From Isurus oxyrinchus (taxonomy: Eukaryota): DNA of 64,000 nt. The notes beneath the pieces are model-generated. The model did no database searches and was not told the origin of the DNA. It saw only the letters and a list, made by a program, of their open reading frames with translations. Every line of letters begins with the position of its first letter. The first letter of the stretch is position 1. Location: contig JANJGN010000007.1 of the NCBI GenBank assembly GCA_026770705.1, forward strand, positions 153,574,001-153,638,000, in the 5' to 3' direction. Both the position numbers and the translations under genes were made by a program. Positions 1-13,080 of the stretch are shown here, piece after piece.

Positions 1-395
1 TCTCCTTAGAGCAAAGGTGGTTATGAACTTAAGGGAAGATTTGATAGAGATATTAAAAATCATGGAGAATTTGATAGAAAAAATGAGGAAAAACTGTTTC
101 CAGTGGCAGAAGGGTCAGTAACCAAAGGAGACAAATTTAAGATGATTGGCCAAAGAACAAGAGGTGGCATGAAGGGGAAAATATTTACAAGGCAAGTTAT
201 GATCTGAAATACACTGCTTGAAAAACAGTGGAAGCAGATTCAATAATAACTTAAAGGGAAGTGAGTTCATATTTGGAGGAAAAAAATCTGCAAGGCTTTG
301 GGGAAAGTACAGGGGGATGGAATTAATGAGATAGCAAAGATTGGCACAGGCATGATGGGCTGAATGGGTTTTTTCTGAATTGTGAAGCATTCTCA
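1..395 (+). mobile_element. CR1 LINE 3' fragment
   Basis: Decayed end of ORF2 (DLIEILKIM...EKLFPVAEGSVTKGDKFKMIG) and CR1-type 3' tail (gatgggctgaatgg). Confidence 0.8.
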
Positions 396-589
396 TAAAT
401 TTGAAATCAACTGTTTTCCTTAGAAAATTAATCTTTCAGAACATCAAAACAAAAACTGCACATTTTTATTCCATAAATTCATTCTTGGAAAGGCGTGTGA
501 TATGCTGGGCAACTTGAAAATTATGGCATTCCCATATGCTCACTATCTTTGTCGGAGGCAGAGGTCTGGCAAAAAGAAAACTTGGAATT

Positions 590-1050
590 TGGTGGTGCAT
601 TTTCTGGGTAGCACACACAACAGATAGAGTGGAGGGAGTGGATGATTAAGCCAGTGGATGGGGTGTCAATCAAACAGACTGCTTTGTTCTGAATGCTATT
701 GAGCTTCTTGAATACAGCTGTAACTCATTAGGCAACTGAACAATATTATATCACATTTATGGTTTGTGTTTTTTTGGTGGTGAAGAGACTTTGGGGAGAG
801 AGGAGATAAGTCAGCAGTGAAAGAATACCCAGCCTCTGATCTGCTTTAGTAGTCACAGCATTTATGTGGCTGGTCCAGTTGAGTTTTTGGGCAGTGCTGA
901 CCCTCAAAAGTGTTGGTGAAAGATTCAAGGATGGTAATGCCATTGAATGTCAAGAGGAAGTGATTGAACACACTCTTGTTGGAGATGGTAATTGTCTGCC
1001 TGGTGTTTGTGAGATGCAAGTATCTTATCAGCCCAAGCCTGATTTCCAAC
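590..1050 (-). mobile_element. CR1-clade LINE fragment (second family, here called B)
   Basis: ORF 746-943 QKLNWTSHINAVTTKADQRLGIL, homologous to 52150-52400. Confidence 0.75.
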
Positions 1051-1799
1051 AGCATATCAGAACAAGCTTAATTTTTTTAAAAAATAAGCTACTTGCACAA
1101 GTCTATGTTTCTATGTCAGATATTTCATCTCTCAGCTTTGAGATATGTGTTTGTTTAGTGCCAAGTATCAATATTGTTCAGCAAGTATTAGAAAGTGCAA
1201 AGCACATTAGAATGACAGAATTATTTAACACTGATACCACATTATCCAACTCCAGTCAATCGCTAGCGACTTTGGCATCCATTTGGATCATTTTGATCAA
1301 CTGTGAATAACTTCTTTCTTGTACTAGCCTAGTTTAAAGGAAGAGAGATAGATCTTCAATTCATTTTTTGCCATAACCCGTATGAGCTAAAATTTATCTA
1401 GGGGCCCCCACATTTAAGTTTCCCATCGTATACAACTGATCATTGTTATGAAAGGCATTGCAGAGAAATGGAGGAATTCAGAACTCTTGTTGTTTTGGAA
1501 TTTTTATCAAGTCCTGATGAAGAATCAGTCTATCACTGTATTCACTCTGCTAATTGATCCACTGCTTTATTAACACTGAACACTAAAAAGTAGTATCTAG
1601 TCTGAACCATATGATCTGTCAGCATGTTATATTTTGCTAAATTTATAGGTTAGGAGTTATATTGTTTTCAGTGTGTATGCCTAATGTGAAACATCACACT
1701 TATTGGGTGCACTATTTCCTAGATAATGTGCACATAAGGTAAAAAGTCAGTGTGCGGTAAGCATGTTTTTGCTGATAGAAGTTGATATTTGTGTTCAGC

Positions 1800-2690
1800 A
1801 CATGTGCATACATGAACAGGAGTTTAAGGCATTCCACCTTCAAACCTGTTCTGTCATTCAATTAGATCATGACAGATCTGTACCTCACCTGCATTTGCCC
1901 ATCCATTCTCCATATCCCTGGTTACCTCTGCCTAACAAAAGTTTTATCAAACTCAGTCTTGAAAATTTCAATGGACTCAGGCATCCACAGCCTTTTGGGA
2001 GAATTTCAGATTTCCATCCCCGAGTGAAAAAGTGCTTCCTCATTTTAATGGCTTAGCTCTAATTTTAAAACTACACCTCTCTTATTCTGAATTCTCCCAG
2101 CAGAGAAAACAGCTGCTTTGTAACTACCCTAGCAAATTCCTTTATCTTAAGTATCTTGATTAGATCAACTCTCAATCTTCTCCACTTAAAAGTACAAGTT
2201 TGTGCAATCTCATAATTTAACTCTTCAAGCCCCGACATTATTCTGATGAACATGTGCTATGCCCTTCAATACTTTTATCTTTCCTGAAGGTCAGTGCCTA
2301 ATCTGAACAAACACTCCAAATGGGATCAGACCTATGCTCTATGCAACTGAAGCATCATCATTCCCTCACTTTTACATTCCAACCCCTTGAGATAAAGGTC
2401 AACATTCCATTAGCAGTTCTAATTACTTTTGATATCTGTGCACTAGCTTTTAATGACTTGTATGCATGAACACAAATCTTTTTGCTCCTCCAGAGTTCCT
2501 AGTCTGACAATTAAGAAAGTATTTCCAATTCGTGTCTCATCCAAATGGATAACCTGACACTTCCCCACTCGAACTCCATATACTATAGTTTTTCCCACTG
2601 CAACTTCTACTCCTATGCACACTCTTATTTGATCTCACAGCTTCGTGTCATCTGTAAACTTGAACATATAACTCTCGTGTATAGTATGGT
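1800..2690 (-). mobile_element. CR1 LINE 3' fragment
   Basis: ORF 2071-2253 (RRLRVDLIKILKI...LFSLLGEFRIR) and antisense CR1 tail. Confidence 0.75.
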
Positions 2691-2945
2691 AGGCAGCACA
2701 AATCATAGCAATTTGGAATTCCCTTCATTTTCTCCATTAATTTCAATACTCTTACATCACAATATCTAAACGCCTCAGACTGTGTCTTTGGCTTGCTCGC
2801 AGCCCCACTTGGTCTGGTTAATTTTTTTTCTGCATTTTCTTTTTAAGTGGTCTAACTTAAATTCTAAAATGATGGCCTCTTGTTCTGAACCAAAGGTTTT
2901 AGTTTACTTACAGTAATTCTTTTCAAAAGCAGGGAAAACAATTAC

Positions 2946-3135
2946 CTTTACTGTTGGAAAACCCTGTTGCGTCCGATCTTTCACAGAGCCACGGCTACCT
3001 TCCGTCAAGTACCGTGCCCTGTGCTGTGTCTCAGGTTGAACCAGTACCTTGAGTTCTTTGCCCTCACTTTTACCAGGATAGTGACCAGTTAGTGCTGGGC
3101 CCTTTTTTAAAGTAGTTTTCGGTGATTCCGTTGTT
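2946..3135 (-). CDS. NFAT5: NFAT5 coding exon, start of Rel-homology DNA-binding domain, 190 nt, phase 2-0
   Basis: [63 protein letters not shown]; [17 protein letters not shown] is the NFAT5-type DNA-recognition loop; acceptor tttctcAG (3136-37), donor GTAATT (2944-45). Confidence 0.97.
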
Positions 3136-6100
3136 CTGAGAAATGTTAAAAATATTTATCAATGAAATTACTTTAGTGATATATAATGCATCTTTTGATT
3201 TCAGTTGCCATAATTCATTATCATAGCACTGTCTTTTAAACTGTTTTTTTCTCATCTTTCATTAAATTATCTTTTATTTTCCTAAAATACCTCACCTGAT
3301 TTCTGACATTATGCCCCTCCAGGAAAGAAAGTATAAAATGTTCAATTACTCTTAATTTTCAATTCTGTTGTTTAAATGCTGAGTGATTTATCTACCAAAA
3401 GTAGTGATGCAGCACAATAGAGAACAGATTGAAGTAATTTTAAACATCACTTCAGTGAGCTATGATTCCGTCTATGCTGCAGGAAGGCAGACAGTGGAGC
3501 AGGTCTCATGCCTGATCATCTAAGAGGTTAGGTCTTAGAATGAGAAAAGACCTGGGAGCATTTCATTTCCTCCTGCCTTTTAGCGTAGAAATTTAACCAC
3601 CCTTTAACATGGATCCAACCAATTATTTTGCATGTGCAAGTTGCAAAAATAAATCAATTTTATAAAATGGAATTGAATTTGAAGGTTATTTTTGTCCCTG
3701 CCTTGTCTCCCCCTTGCACGAACCAATCAACCTGCTCCTTGAACTCTCTCAATCCCCCTCTGATCCATCCACTAGGAAATTCATAAAGATGGATCAGGAT
3801 GTTTCATCCTCCAATTTACCTTATTATCCAGCCCCTCATCTTGACTCAATACCCGTTCTTGATAACACAGCCAAGATTGGGAAATTGCCATCTGGGCAGT
3901 AGCTTGCATTTCATCATTCTGTAGTGAGCACTTGTTTTATAGCTTATTCCAATTACACAACCAAACACTACCTGGTTTCATACCATTCTGTGAACCTCTT
4001 TATGCTGTGTGTCTAGACCGGTTTGGTAACTTCACAGCAAAAATTGTTACAATATATTGTAAATATCTATTTATACAAAGTAGAAAAAATGGCCATCTTG
4101 AATCATGCAAATCAGTTAGCTCCATTAATAATTTAGGCTGCCCATTTTAATATATACACAATAGAAATTAACTCAACCTCAGCTCCATTTACAAAACACA
4201 TTTACTAAGTCGAAGAATCAGTTGGCAATTTTAGATCATTATTTTGAATTTGCATTTATATTTGCAACAACATATATGGCTTTAGTATGAATCGTGCTGG
4301 CAGTATAAATGGGGTAATAGCCAAATTTAGGATGACTAAAATTACTAGCTAGTACACACAGTCAAGTCAGTAAATCAGCCCAATGTCATGCTGCTTGTAA
4401 CACAAAATTGAAAAGACTGTAAAGTGTTAAATATGAAATACTAGGTAATAACACATTATGGGGTGCAGCAATGTAATAATACGGATATCAACAAAGTTCA
4501 AACAGTTATATAACATTGTCTGAAACCCAAGACCTTGAAACATATTTCAACCAGTGTTAATCTCTATAACATACTAATGTAGTTGTTTAACAAGACTTTA
4601 ACAAGAGCACAAAAATGGTGGTAGCAGACTAGTCAACCATAAGAGATCACTCGCATTTCTCTGTGATTCATGTCAGGAGAGGTGTGTAAGGGCCGCTTGT
4701 TTTCCACACCGACCTTTCGTGAAAGCTCCACCCATTGGGTTTATTTCACTGAATGTTACAGGGAAATTGCACACAGGACCAAAGAGTTTGGAATTTATTA
4801 TAAGACTTTAATACAAATTGAAATGACTTTGCAAACTTTGCTCAGTTAATTTCCTCACACCCTCACCCCCATGTAATAACAATTGGACAGCTGAAACCCA
4901 CTTGCTGACCTCAAGATAAAGCAATAAGTGATTTGCACTTCATGATTATTGAGCTGGTAATATTATTAGGAATTAATTTACTTGGCGATAGAGGGAAATA
5001 TCTTACTTCCATATACTTATGAAGTCACAGAGCTGCAGTATAAGCACACAACAAAAATACCTTTAAAAATATTGAGATCCTTCAAAAATGAAAATAGAAA
5101 TAAAAATTCTGAACTAATTTTATGCATGCTAATAGCAAAACATGGCATTTTTTCTTTACAATTACCAATTAAATTTCTCTTATTATCTCCCAGGCATCTA
5201 TTTAATTCTAAGCTTCAAATTGCTATTAAGAAGTTAGCATAAAGTTTAAATTGCGGATCGCATTAGAAAATGCACTTTTGAATTACCTACTGCTGCTGAG
5301 CAAATCCTTATCAGTTCCATGTATGCCAATAAATTCAAAGCAACAGCCGCCACATACAATGAAGTTAAAATTACATGGCAAGTGCCAAACATCCATACTT
5401 TTCTAATTGTAGTTGTTCACTTAAACCTCTTTTTGGCCCACCTGTCAATGTCCAATCACCAAAGAGGATCTGAATCATCATTTAGCCTGAACAATCTATG
5501 TTCACAATAACTTATTTTTCTGACCTGATTACTCCTTGGTATTGCCATAGCCACCCCTTTAAAACTGGATTCAAAGTTATTCAAGAAGCTTTGCCAAATC
5601 CATTTAAGAATCACAACTTGCATTTAAATAAAAAGATTTTGAAAAAACTGGATTGTGTGAATGCAAATGGTAAAGATTCCAACAATACTTTCTCATTTAA
5701 AAGGCCTTTATGGTAGACCAAAGACTAAAGCATTATTACTATTTTCTCCAGCTTTTCTAAAGAGCAAAATGTTTCGATTAACATTTTGTGATGACTTTTC
5801 GAAAATCTTGCTGTAATGGAATTCCCATCATCATAAATGTAACTGAAGTACCCTTAAACTTTTCACAAATGATTTGTTAGCTTTGCACATGGCATTTTTC
5901 AGACTTGTATACATTTTCAGTTTACGAGATTACTCTTTGGATTTCAATTTAATTGGTCAGTGCAAATTCAAACAATGCACGAGCTATATATTACAAAAAT
6001 GAAGCTTTTCACTTTAGTCAAAATATAAACCCAGCACAGAAATCCTTTCTAATGGTATTCACATTAGCAGTCTTAAAAGTCTGCATTTCTTTAATTTAAA

Positions 6101-6195
6101 CTTATCAGTTATTTTCTAATTCCTTAATAGTTTAATTTTATTATTGCATATACATAAAAGAAAATATAACTGATCAACACGACCATATAAAATTA

Positions 6196-6247
6196 AGAGA
6201 CAGGAATATAAAGAGACAGGAATATAAATAGAGACAGGAATATAAAT
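6196..6247 (+). repeat. Short tandem repeat, 3 x AGAGACAGGAATATAA(AT)
   Basis: Three direct copies of 16-18 bp. Confidence 0.85.
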
Positions 6248-6549
6248 AGGTATGTGACGTTAAGTAAATTATTACCAGAATAATTGAATTGTTAGGAAGT
6301 AGCTGGTCTTACTCCAGGTGCCTATCCATATCAACAACACAGAAGATTACAAGGTAGAAAGACACAAAATAGCAAGAAGGTGGATAACTAGCAAATAACA
6401 AGCTAATCGAGTCTGAGGATGCAAAAGGAGGTTTTTTAGAAGTGCAGCATCAACGCTGAAGAGGAAATTAGTGAGTTCTGTAGCCATCAGTTTGTATTAC
6501 AGATGCATATTCATTATTTGGAGGGACAGTTACAAAGTTCAACATCCAA

Positions 6550-7500
6550 ACTGAGGGGCTTATAAATTGTATGACCAAGTGAACCTGCTAGAGGGGGATC
6601 TAGGCAGGATTGGATGGTGAACCAATCACTGGTGGACATTATTTAATGTCAAGGAGTTGTAGCTTGTGAAGCACATCAGGAAAAATTGTGAATATAAAAT
6701 AAATGGAAAGAGACTAAGGGGAATGACAAAAGGAGTAAATGTGATGAGGAAAATCTTTTTCACCCATAGGTCGGTTGGAGTTTAGAACAAACTTCCCGAA
6801 AGGGTGGTGACGGTAGGTTCGATCAAGGTATTCAAAAGGGAATTGGATTGCTATCTGTAAAGAAAGAATGTACAAGGTTATGGGGATAAGGCAGGGGAGA
6901 GGGACTAGGTGGAATGTTCTTTCAGAGAATCAATGCAGACTTGATGGGCTGAATGGCCTCCTTCTGCACTGTAAAGGAATCTGGAGTTTCGGTGAAAATA
7001 TGCAGTACTACTGCAAAAGGCAATGGGGTCTTAGGATTTGAAGTTCAGGAGATAAAGCACAAGGCACAGTAAAACTAGATTACACCAAGTATTGATCTCT
7101 CCCAACCTTGAATTAAGGTCAAACTTAATTTGAGTACCTGCACTTGAGAACGCTATGGATACTTGGATACTTAAATTGGCAAAAATATGTGGCTTAGATG
7201 TGATATTATTTAAATATTTAAGATTTGAAATGAAGAACATTAGCCTTGGGACAAGGATCTCCATGGCACAAATCATCTTATGAGATGGAAGGCTGCCATG
7301 GGAACAAGGGTCATTCAAGCTTAGATCAGAAGAGGTGACAAGCAGACTTTATTCATAGAGCTCTTGGTGGATGTGTGTCTAAGACGCAGTGGAAATGGAA
7401 AATATTCTAAATTTTAATGATGGAATAAAAGCTTTGTCAAAAAAGAAAAGCGAGGTCTGTGAGCTTTGCTACCAGCTCAATGAATGAAAATTGTCCTTCC
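6550..7500 (+). mobile_element. Old CR1 fragment with a nested younger CR1 3' end (~6720-6975)
   Basis: RT-like remnants interrupted by a CR1 tail ending gatgggctgaatggcctccttctgcactgtaa. Confidence 0.6.
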
Positions 7501-9198
7501 CAGTCCTAACAAGTCCTAATAGCTTTCAGCACAATTGGACATTGTTGTGGGGAGGCTAAGTAGGTTAATCAAGTGCAACGAATAAAACATCACAAATAAA
7601 CAATGTCTCCTGAAGTTCACTTGATCGCCTTAGGAAGTTGGAGAGCAATTTAGTGACTTTGGGAGTTTTTCCTGAAATGTCATTTTTTTTTCTTTTGTTT
7701 GCCTTTCCCCAGGGTCTATCATTACTAATGATTGGGGTTGATGATTATTTAAGATTGCACTAATCGTATCAGAATTAGGTGTGATGGTGTTTTTCACCCC
7801 CTTCACATATAGCAACGTTTTATATGTCAACATAATGCCATGAATCTAGGGAATTTAAGTCTGGTATACATCATCCCGGACAATTTATCTAGATCTCCCA
7901 AGCTACATTAATGCCTTTCAATACAGATTATTTGACAAATACAGAGTGCAATTTTTTAAAAATCCAGATGTGGGACATAAAGTTCAAGTACCATTAGAGT
8001 GAAGGCACTTCCTCTATAATACAGCAAATTTATTTTTGAAATGTAACTAAAATTCAGTACAATCCATCACCTGGAATTCTAGATAAACAAATTGTATCAG
8101 ACTGTTTACCCCCAATGAATAGCATCACTAATCTTATGAATGATATAAAAATATACATTGACTATTAGTCAATTGTTAAATCAATTACTTAGGCTATCTA
8201 TAAAGCTAAATTTACCACCTCCATGATGGGTGGTTTTTAACGTACACTCAAAGTCAACACTAGAAAATCTTTAGATCTTACTCTGTGGCTAAACACACTG
8301 AACCACACAAGACAGGTGGATCAACAATTCAATCCCTAGTTTTTACTGAGATAGGAGATCTTAGTTAGGCAGCAGTAAGAGTGTCACTGTTGGCCTTACT
8401 GCCCTTGAGGTAGAGAAAGGAAATAAGTAGGTAAATGAATTGTGAAAAATGAGTCAGGGTTTCACCTCCTCAACATTATACAGTGATCTCTGCTGCAAAG
8501 TGCATGGAAGGCACAGGGCAAGGAAGAATTGAACTCAGCTATGATCTCCTTCCGACCATCACACGATCAAAAAGCCTGTTAATACTGACTATCTCGGATC
8601 ATCTCACTTTAAGAATCCTGGCTTAAATGAAGTACCACAGAGCAGCTAGCTGTCATGGAAACGTACCCAAAGTATGGTCTCCTAAGCTACATTAATGTAC
8701 ATGGTACCATCTTTTGTTTTTGGGGGAGGGGGTGGGGGGGAATTCCTCATCTAAGCTTGTGTATTATTTATGAAGATAACATTTGCATCAACAGAAGCTG
8801 TGTGCCTCTAGCTAACAGGAGGCACAATAATGTGGAGGAAAATTCCATATAATTAATATAATTGTATACGAGGTATAAGGGGAACATTTGTTTAAGGAAA
8901 TCTGTTTTAAAAACTTGCAAACATTTGTTACACTAGGGAGCTTCCATAATGCAGGTGAGAAATCCTCAATTTTATTCTTCTAAATGTCAGATAATTTTAG
9001 TCTCTATCTTTAAGAGGGCATGTTGCTGCCCATGAGTGCAGATGATATAATAGATGAGATAGAAAAGAAAGAAGTCTGATCCAGATTATCCCTTTAATTT
9101 TTGAAAGGAAAAAGTGTAAATTTCAGTTATATTCTGTGTGGGTTTATTTGAATACTACCTAAAAAGCTCAGGTAAAATTTTAAAAAAGCTATACCAAC

Positions 9199-9742
9199 CC
9201 ATTGCTCCCCTTTGAGCTGTTTTTGCCTTCTGAGGTGAGTTGAGAAAGTACATAATGGGGTCCTTTTGCACTGTCTGCATCAAAGACATCCATATTCGAC
9301 TCTTCATCATCCACACGCACAAAGCCTGGTCGTTGTTTAGGTGAACGTTTCCGTGACTTCCGTGGCACTGTTGTGTTGTCATTGTATGAACTGGAACTCA
9401 TGATGCTGAAGTTGGAGCCTGATTCATCCATCCAAATATTGCTGCTCTGTTCCGAGTCACCTGCATCATCCTGACAAGACATCCTGCTGTCATCGAGCAA
9501 GTCTTCGGGTGGTGGAGAGATGTTGAGTACTGTCCTCCTTTTGGGTGTGGACTGCAGCTGTGGGGCATTACTTAACTGATTTTCATAGCTCAGTAATTCA
9601 CTTACCCCATGGCCACTTACCCCCTGTTCTGGAGTGCAGCTATCTACTTGCATAGATGTGTTGTCAGTTATTGAGGTAGAATGCATGCTAGGATTGGAAG
9701 ATGGGGTGAAGGTGCTGCTTTGACCACCGCTGGAGGAGACAT
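9199..9742 (-). CDS. NFAT5: NFAT5 coding exon (export-domain region and NLS), 544 nt, phase 1-2
   Basis: [28 protein letters not shown]...[24 protein letters not shown]...[24 protein letters not shown] matches the NFAT5 N-terminal region; acceptor ccacAG (9743-44), donor GTTGGT (9197-98); frame joins both neighbouring exons. Confidence 0.96.
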
Positions 9743-10034
9743 CTGTGGTATGTACAATCCAAATGTAAATATACACATTTCAACGTGAGTTAGCTAGCAT
9801 TGTCCAAATGTGCTCTGTTTAATTGTTCACAAAGCTTTAACTCAACAATTTATACAAGTTCCAAAACGTGAATAGTTATCAGTTAACACTGGAAGGTTAT
9901 TTTTTTTAAAACTGGGAGAGAGGGTATAGTACTCTCTATGATACCAATCATATTCAGGGCAAAAACGATAAACGCTGATACATTATAATTCAGTTGGGGT
10001 TGCTTATAGTCAAATAACAAAATAATCTTCTGAC

Positions 10035-10071
10035 CTACGGAGTAAAGAATTGCTGCTTGACAGGCAAATTC
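10035..10071 (-). other. NFAT5: Candidate 37-nt NFAT5 cassette exon (possible counterpart of the human alternative stop-containing exon)
   Basis: gttttttcattagttccAG|GAATTTGCCTGTCAAGCAGCAATTCTTTACTCCGTAG|GTCAGA; 5' part resembles the recalled start of the human alternative exon (GATTTGCCTCTGAAGCAG) in the same intron. Confidence 0.5.
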
Positions 10072-10221
10072 CTGGAACTAATGAAAAAACAATTAAGCTA
10101 AACTTAAAATTATAACTATTGTCCATTCTTAAAAGTAATTACAAGAAATATACATAAATATTAATCTAATGAATGTGTATATGAAAAGCAAAATGGGACC
10201 AGTGTTGCATACACTTCTCAC

Positions 10222-10238
10222 CTTCAAGACATAGTCCT
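10222..10238 (-). other. NFAT5: Candidate 17-nt NFAT5 microexon
   Basis: T9-CCCCAG|AGGACTATGTCTTGAAG|GTGAGA: near-consensus acceptor and donor only 17 nt apart. Confidence 0.4.
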
Positions 10239-12099
10239 CTGGGGAAAAAAAAATTCCTTTGATACGCTCAATACTCTTGATCTATAACAGTATTTGGCAC
10301 AGCAGGTCAGGAAAAAGCTAATTGAACAAGTGATTTGAACAAGAAGTAGAAAAGGGAAGGCGATATTTCATCTGAATTTGAAGTAGACTCCAAAGTAGGT
10401 GCAATGTAGGTGGGATCCTCAGATTCGTTGCATAATAGGTAATGGACAGTTTTTATGTTAACAGCATAATATCTAAAGGACATTAGATGCATGAAACAGA
10501 CACCAAATTTGTTCTTACCCTATTCCAAACTCCTCAAATGCTATACTTTTAACAGACCCTGAAAACAAATTAAAACCTGACAAAGTCTTAGTTTCCTTAA
10601 AATTTTAATAATGACTTCAATTACATATTTTCATATATAATCTTAAAAGTTCCCTCTCAATACATAGTATTTTCAAACTTCTGCATTTGTTTAACAAATT
10701 TTTTATTTGCAGCCACTTTATTAGGTAAGACTGTTAAATGCTTTGTTGTAAGTAGAGCTCATTTTCTAAACTTTCTTTTTGCTAGTTTTTATCCCTCTCT
10801 TCCTCTCTGGTCCTTCTCGAAGTACTAACACCATTGACAACTACTAAACAAGGACCTCCTCTTAGCAAACAGGCTAGCAAACTCTCACCAATAAACGCAA
10901 GAAGTTGCATTCCACTATTACAGCAAGGTATAGCCTTCACATGTTTGAAGAGCATATGGGATGTACCAAACCAACAAGTGATTTTCAACATCTAACTGGA
11001 ACTGGCAAAAGACTAAGCAGTTTGTGGCCTGTTCTTGGAAAGCCACTCGATACTCCCAGGAGGAGACATCGGCTCAGCACAGAAGGGTAAATAAGAGACA
11101 CCGAAAAAGAAGCCACTCGGTCATGCCAGCAACTCTAAATCAAAAGGATCAGTAGAAGGCAGGACCCCATCGTTCCAACTGAACAAACTACATCACCCCT
11201 AAAATCCACTTTCTCCCAGCACCAGCCCAAGTAACGTAATCAAAATATAAAGCAATCAAAATGTACAATAGTTTTGGAAGTTTAAAAAGGCAAAGTTCAC
11301 AATTTAAAACAATGGAATACCCCACTTATTCCATTTGTAAAGAATATTCTTGCAATCTATTTAATTACCACGTGAGTGGTATTGGAACACCAATGAAATG
11401 TTCAACTGATTGTTACAGCAAAAACATGCAGTAAGCTCTAAACTAAAAAATAAATGTTTTCAGTATTACAAAATGCCAATGGAAAGTTGGTACCACAATG
11501 ATGAGAAAAATAAATGATCTTCTGCTGGTACCTCACTTAAATGGTCATTCCTCACCTCTAAGCCTATACAGTGAATGTTGGCAGACTATTATACTGATGG
11601 GGTGGTGGTGAGAATTCGTAGGTTTGCTCCCATCCTCAATTTAAGTCTACACACTTAATTTTCAACAGAAATTTTAAATTTCTGATATTTATGGCTCAGT
11701 TCCACAAAAGACACTGGACTTAGCAGCTGATTAATAATTGTTTTTACGTATGTACTATCCAAAATAAACAGCTCTCAATGAATTTAAAACAATAATCTAC
11801 TTAAGGTGGACAGATAAACCACTGGAGTTACGCTTGTACTTTAGGATATTTTATGAACCCAAATTGTATTGTTGTTTCATATTTCACAAAGGTATCCACT
11901 GCCTTTTTTCAAAACCGCTAAATTAACTGGATTCCACTGCATTATTTTTTGAAATAAAGAATTCGATATAAGTTCAAGTTAAAAAGCTTGGGAATACTTT
12001 TCCCTCATTTATTAGAAGCACAGGCACCACTTTGCCACAATTTCTTTAAAAATCTGCCAAACTCGAGCATATTCCTAAAATTATTAAACTTCATTTAGT

Positions 12100-13080
12100 T
12101 AACTGCACTATGTATTTTCTCCACATTCCACGTCATCCTTTGGCATTTCTCCCATTTTCAGCGTGATCTCATCATTAAAAACATTAAACTTTGTCTCCCA
12201 TCCCCTTTCAACATTTGAAAGGAACCAACCCACCATGACACTGAAGACTCTCCCCCAATACCCTTTGTCTTTCCCACAGCACCTTCCCATGGAAGGACAG
12301 AAGATGCCCCTTTACCTCCTCCACTCCCACTGACCAGGGCTCCAAACACTCCTTCCAGGCGAAACAGCAACTTACTTTTATTTCTTTCAACTTAGTATAC
12401 TATATTCACTGCTCATGATGTGGCCTTCTTGAAATTGGGAAATCAAACACCAATTGGGTGACAGCTTTGCAGAATACCTGCAGTCAGCCAGCTTGTTCCC
12501 AAGCTTCCAGTTGCCTGTCATTTTATTTCTCTGTCCCACTCAGTCCTTGGTCTCCTACACTTACCCGATGAACCTCAACGTAAACTTGAGGAACAGCATC
12601 TCATTTTTTGGTTAGCTGCTTTTACAGCCTTCTGGACTGAACACCGAGTTCAACAATTTCAGATCACAACCTCTGTCACTACTTTCTCAGACAGCAGCTG
12701 GTGTTGATTCTGCCATTCTCACTTACAATTCCTCTAAAACTATCTTTTGTTCCATTACTTGTCCTATTACCATCTTCTTTTGTGTGCACCATCATACCTT
12801 TAGCCATTTAATCTCTCCTGTGTTCCACCCTATCAGACCCTCCCTTTTGTTCTTCCCCCACCTTTCTTTGCCTCTACTTGCTTAAAATTTATAACTTTTA
12901 ACAACTCTGCTTAAAATTTGTGACTTTTAACAATTCTTAACTTTTTCCAAGCTGATAAAAGGTGATTGACCAGAACCATTAAATCTTTTCTTTCTCCACA
13001 GATATGCCTAATCTGTTGAATATTCCTAATATTTTCTGTTTTAATTTCAGGTTTCCAGCATGCACAGTGTTTTATTTTTG
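12100..13080 (+). mobile_element. Penelope-like element 3' fragment (GIY-YIG region and tail)
   Basis: Remnant of SFQxKQ...SFNLVYxIxCxxCGL...GDSFAE; tail ctttctccacagat...tttccagcat shared with 26430-26560 and 44350-44450. Confidence 0.8.

Noticed and set aside
3296-3316. Possible microexon before a strong CAG|GTGAGG donor on the minus strand
   Set aside because: The only nearby acceptor is a rare GAG type; no other support.
6196-6247. Direct repeats as a CRISPR-like array
   Set aside because: No spacers, three adjacent copies, eukaryotic intron; simple slippage repeat.
8270-8680. Possible ancient SINE-like repeat
   Set aside because: Too degenerate to assign a family or boundaries from the sequence alone.
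10782-11240. Slightly GC-richer unique stretch with short ORFs on both strands
   Set aside because: No recognisable homology and no convincing splice-site pair.
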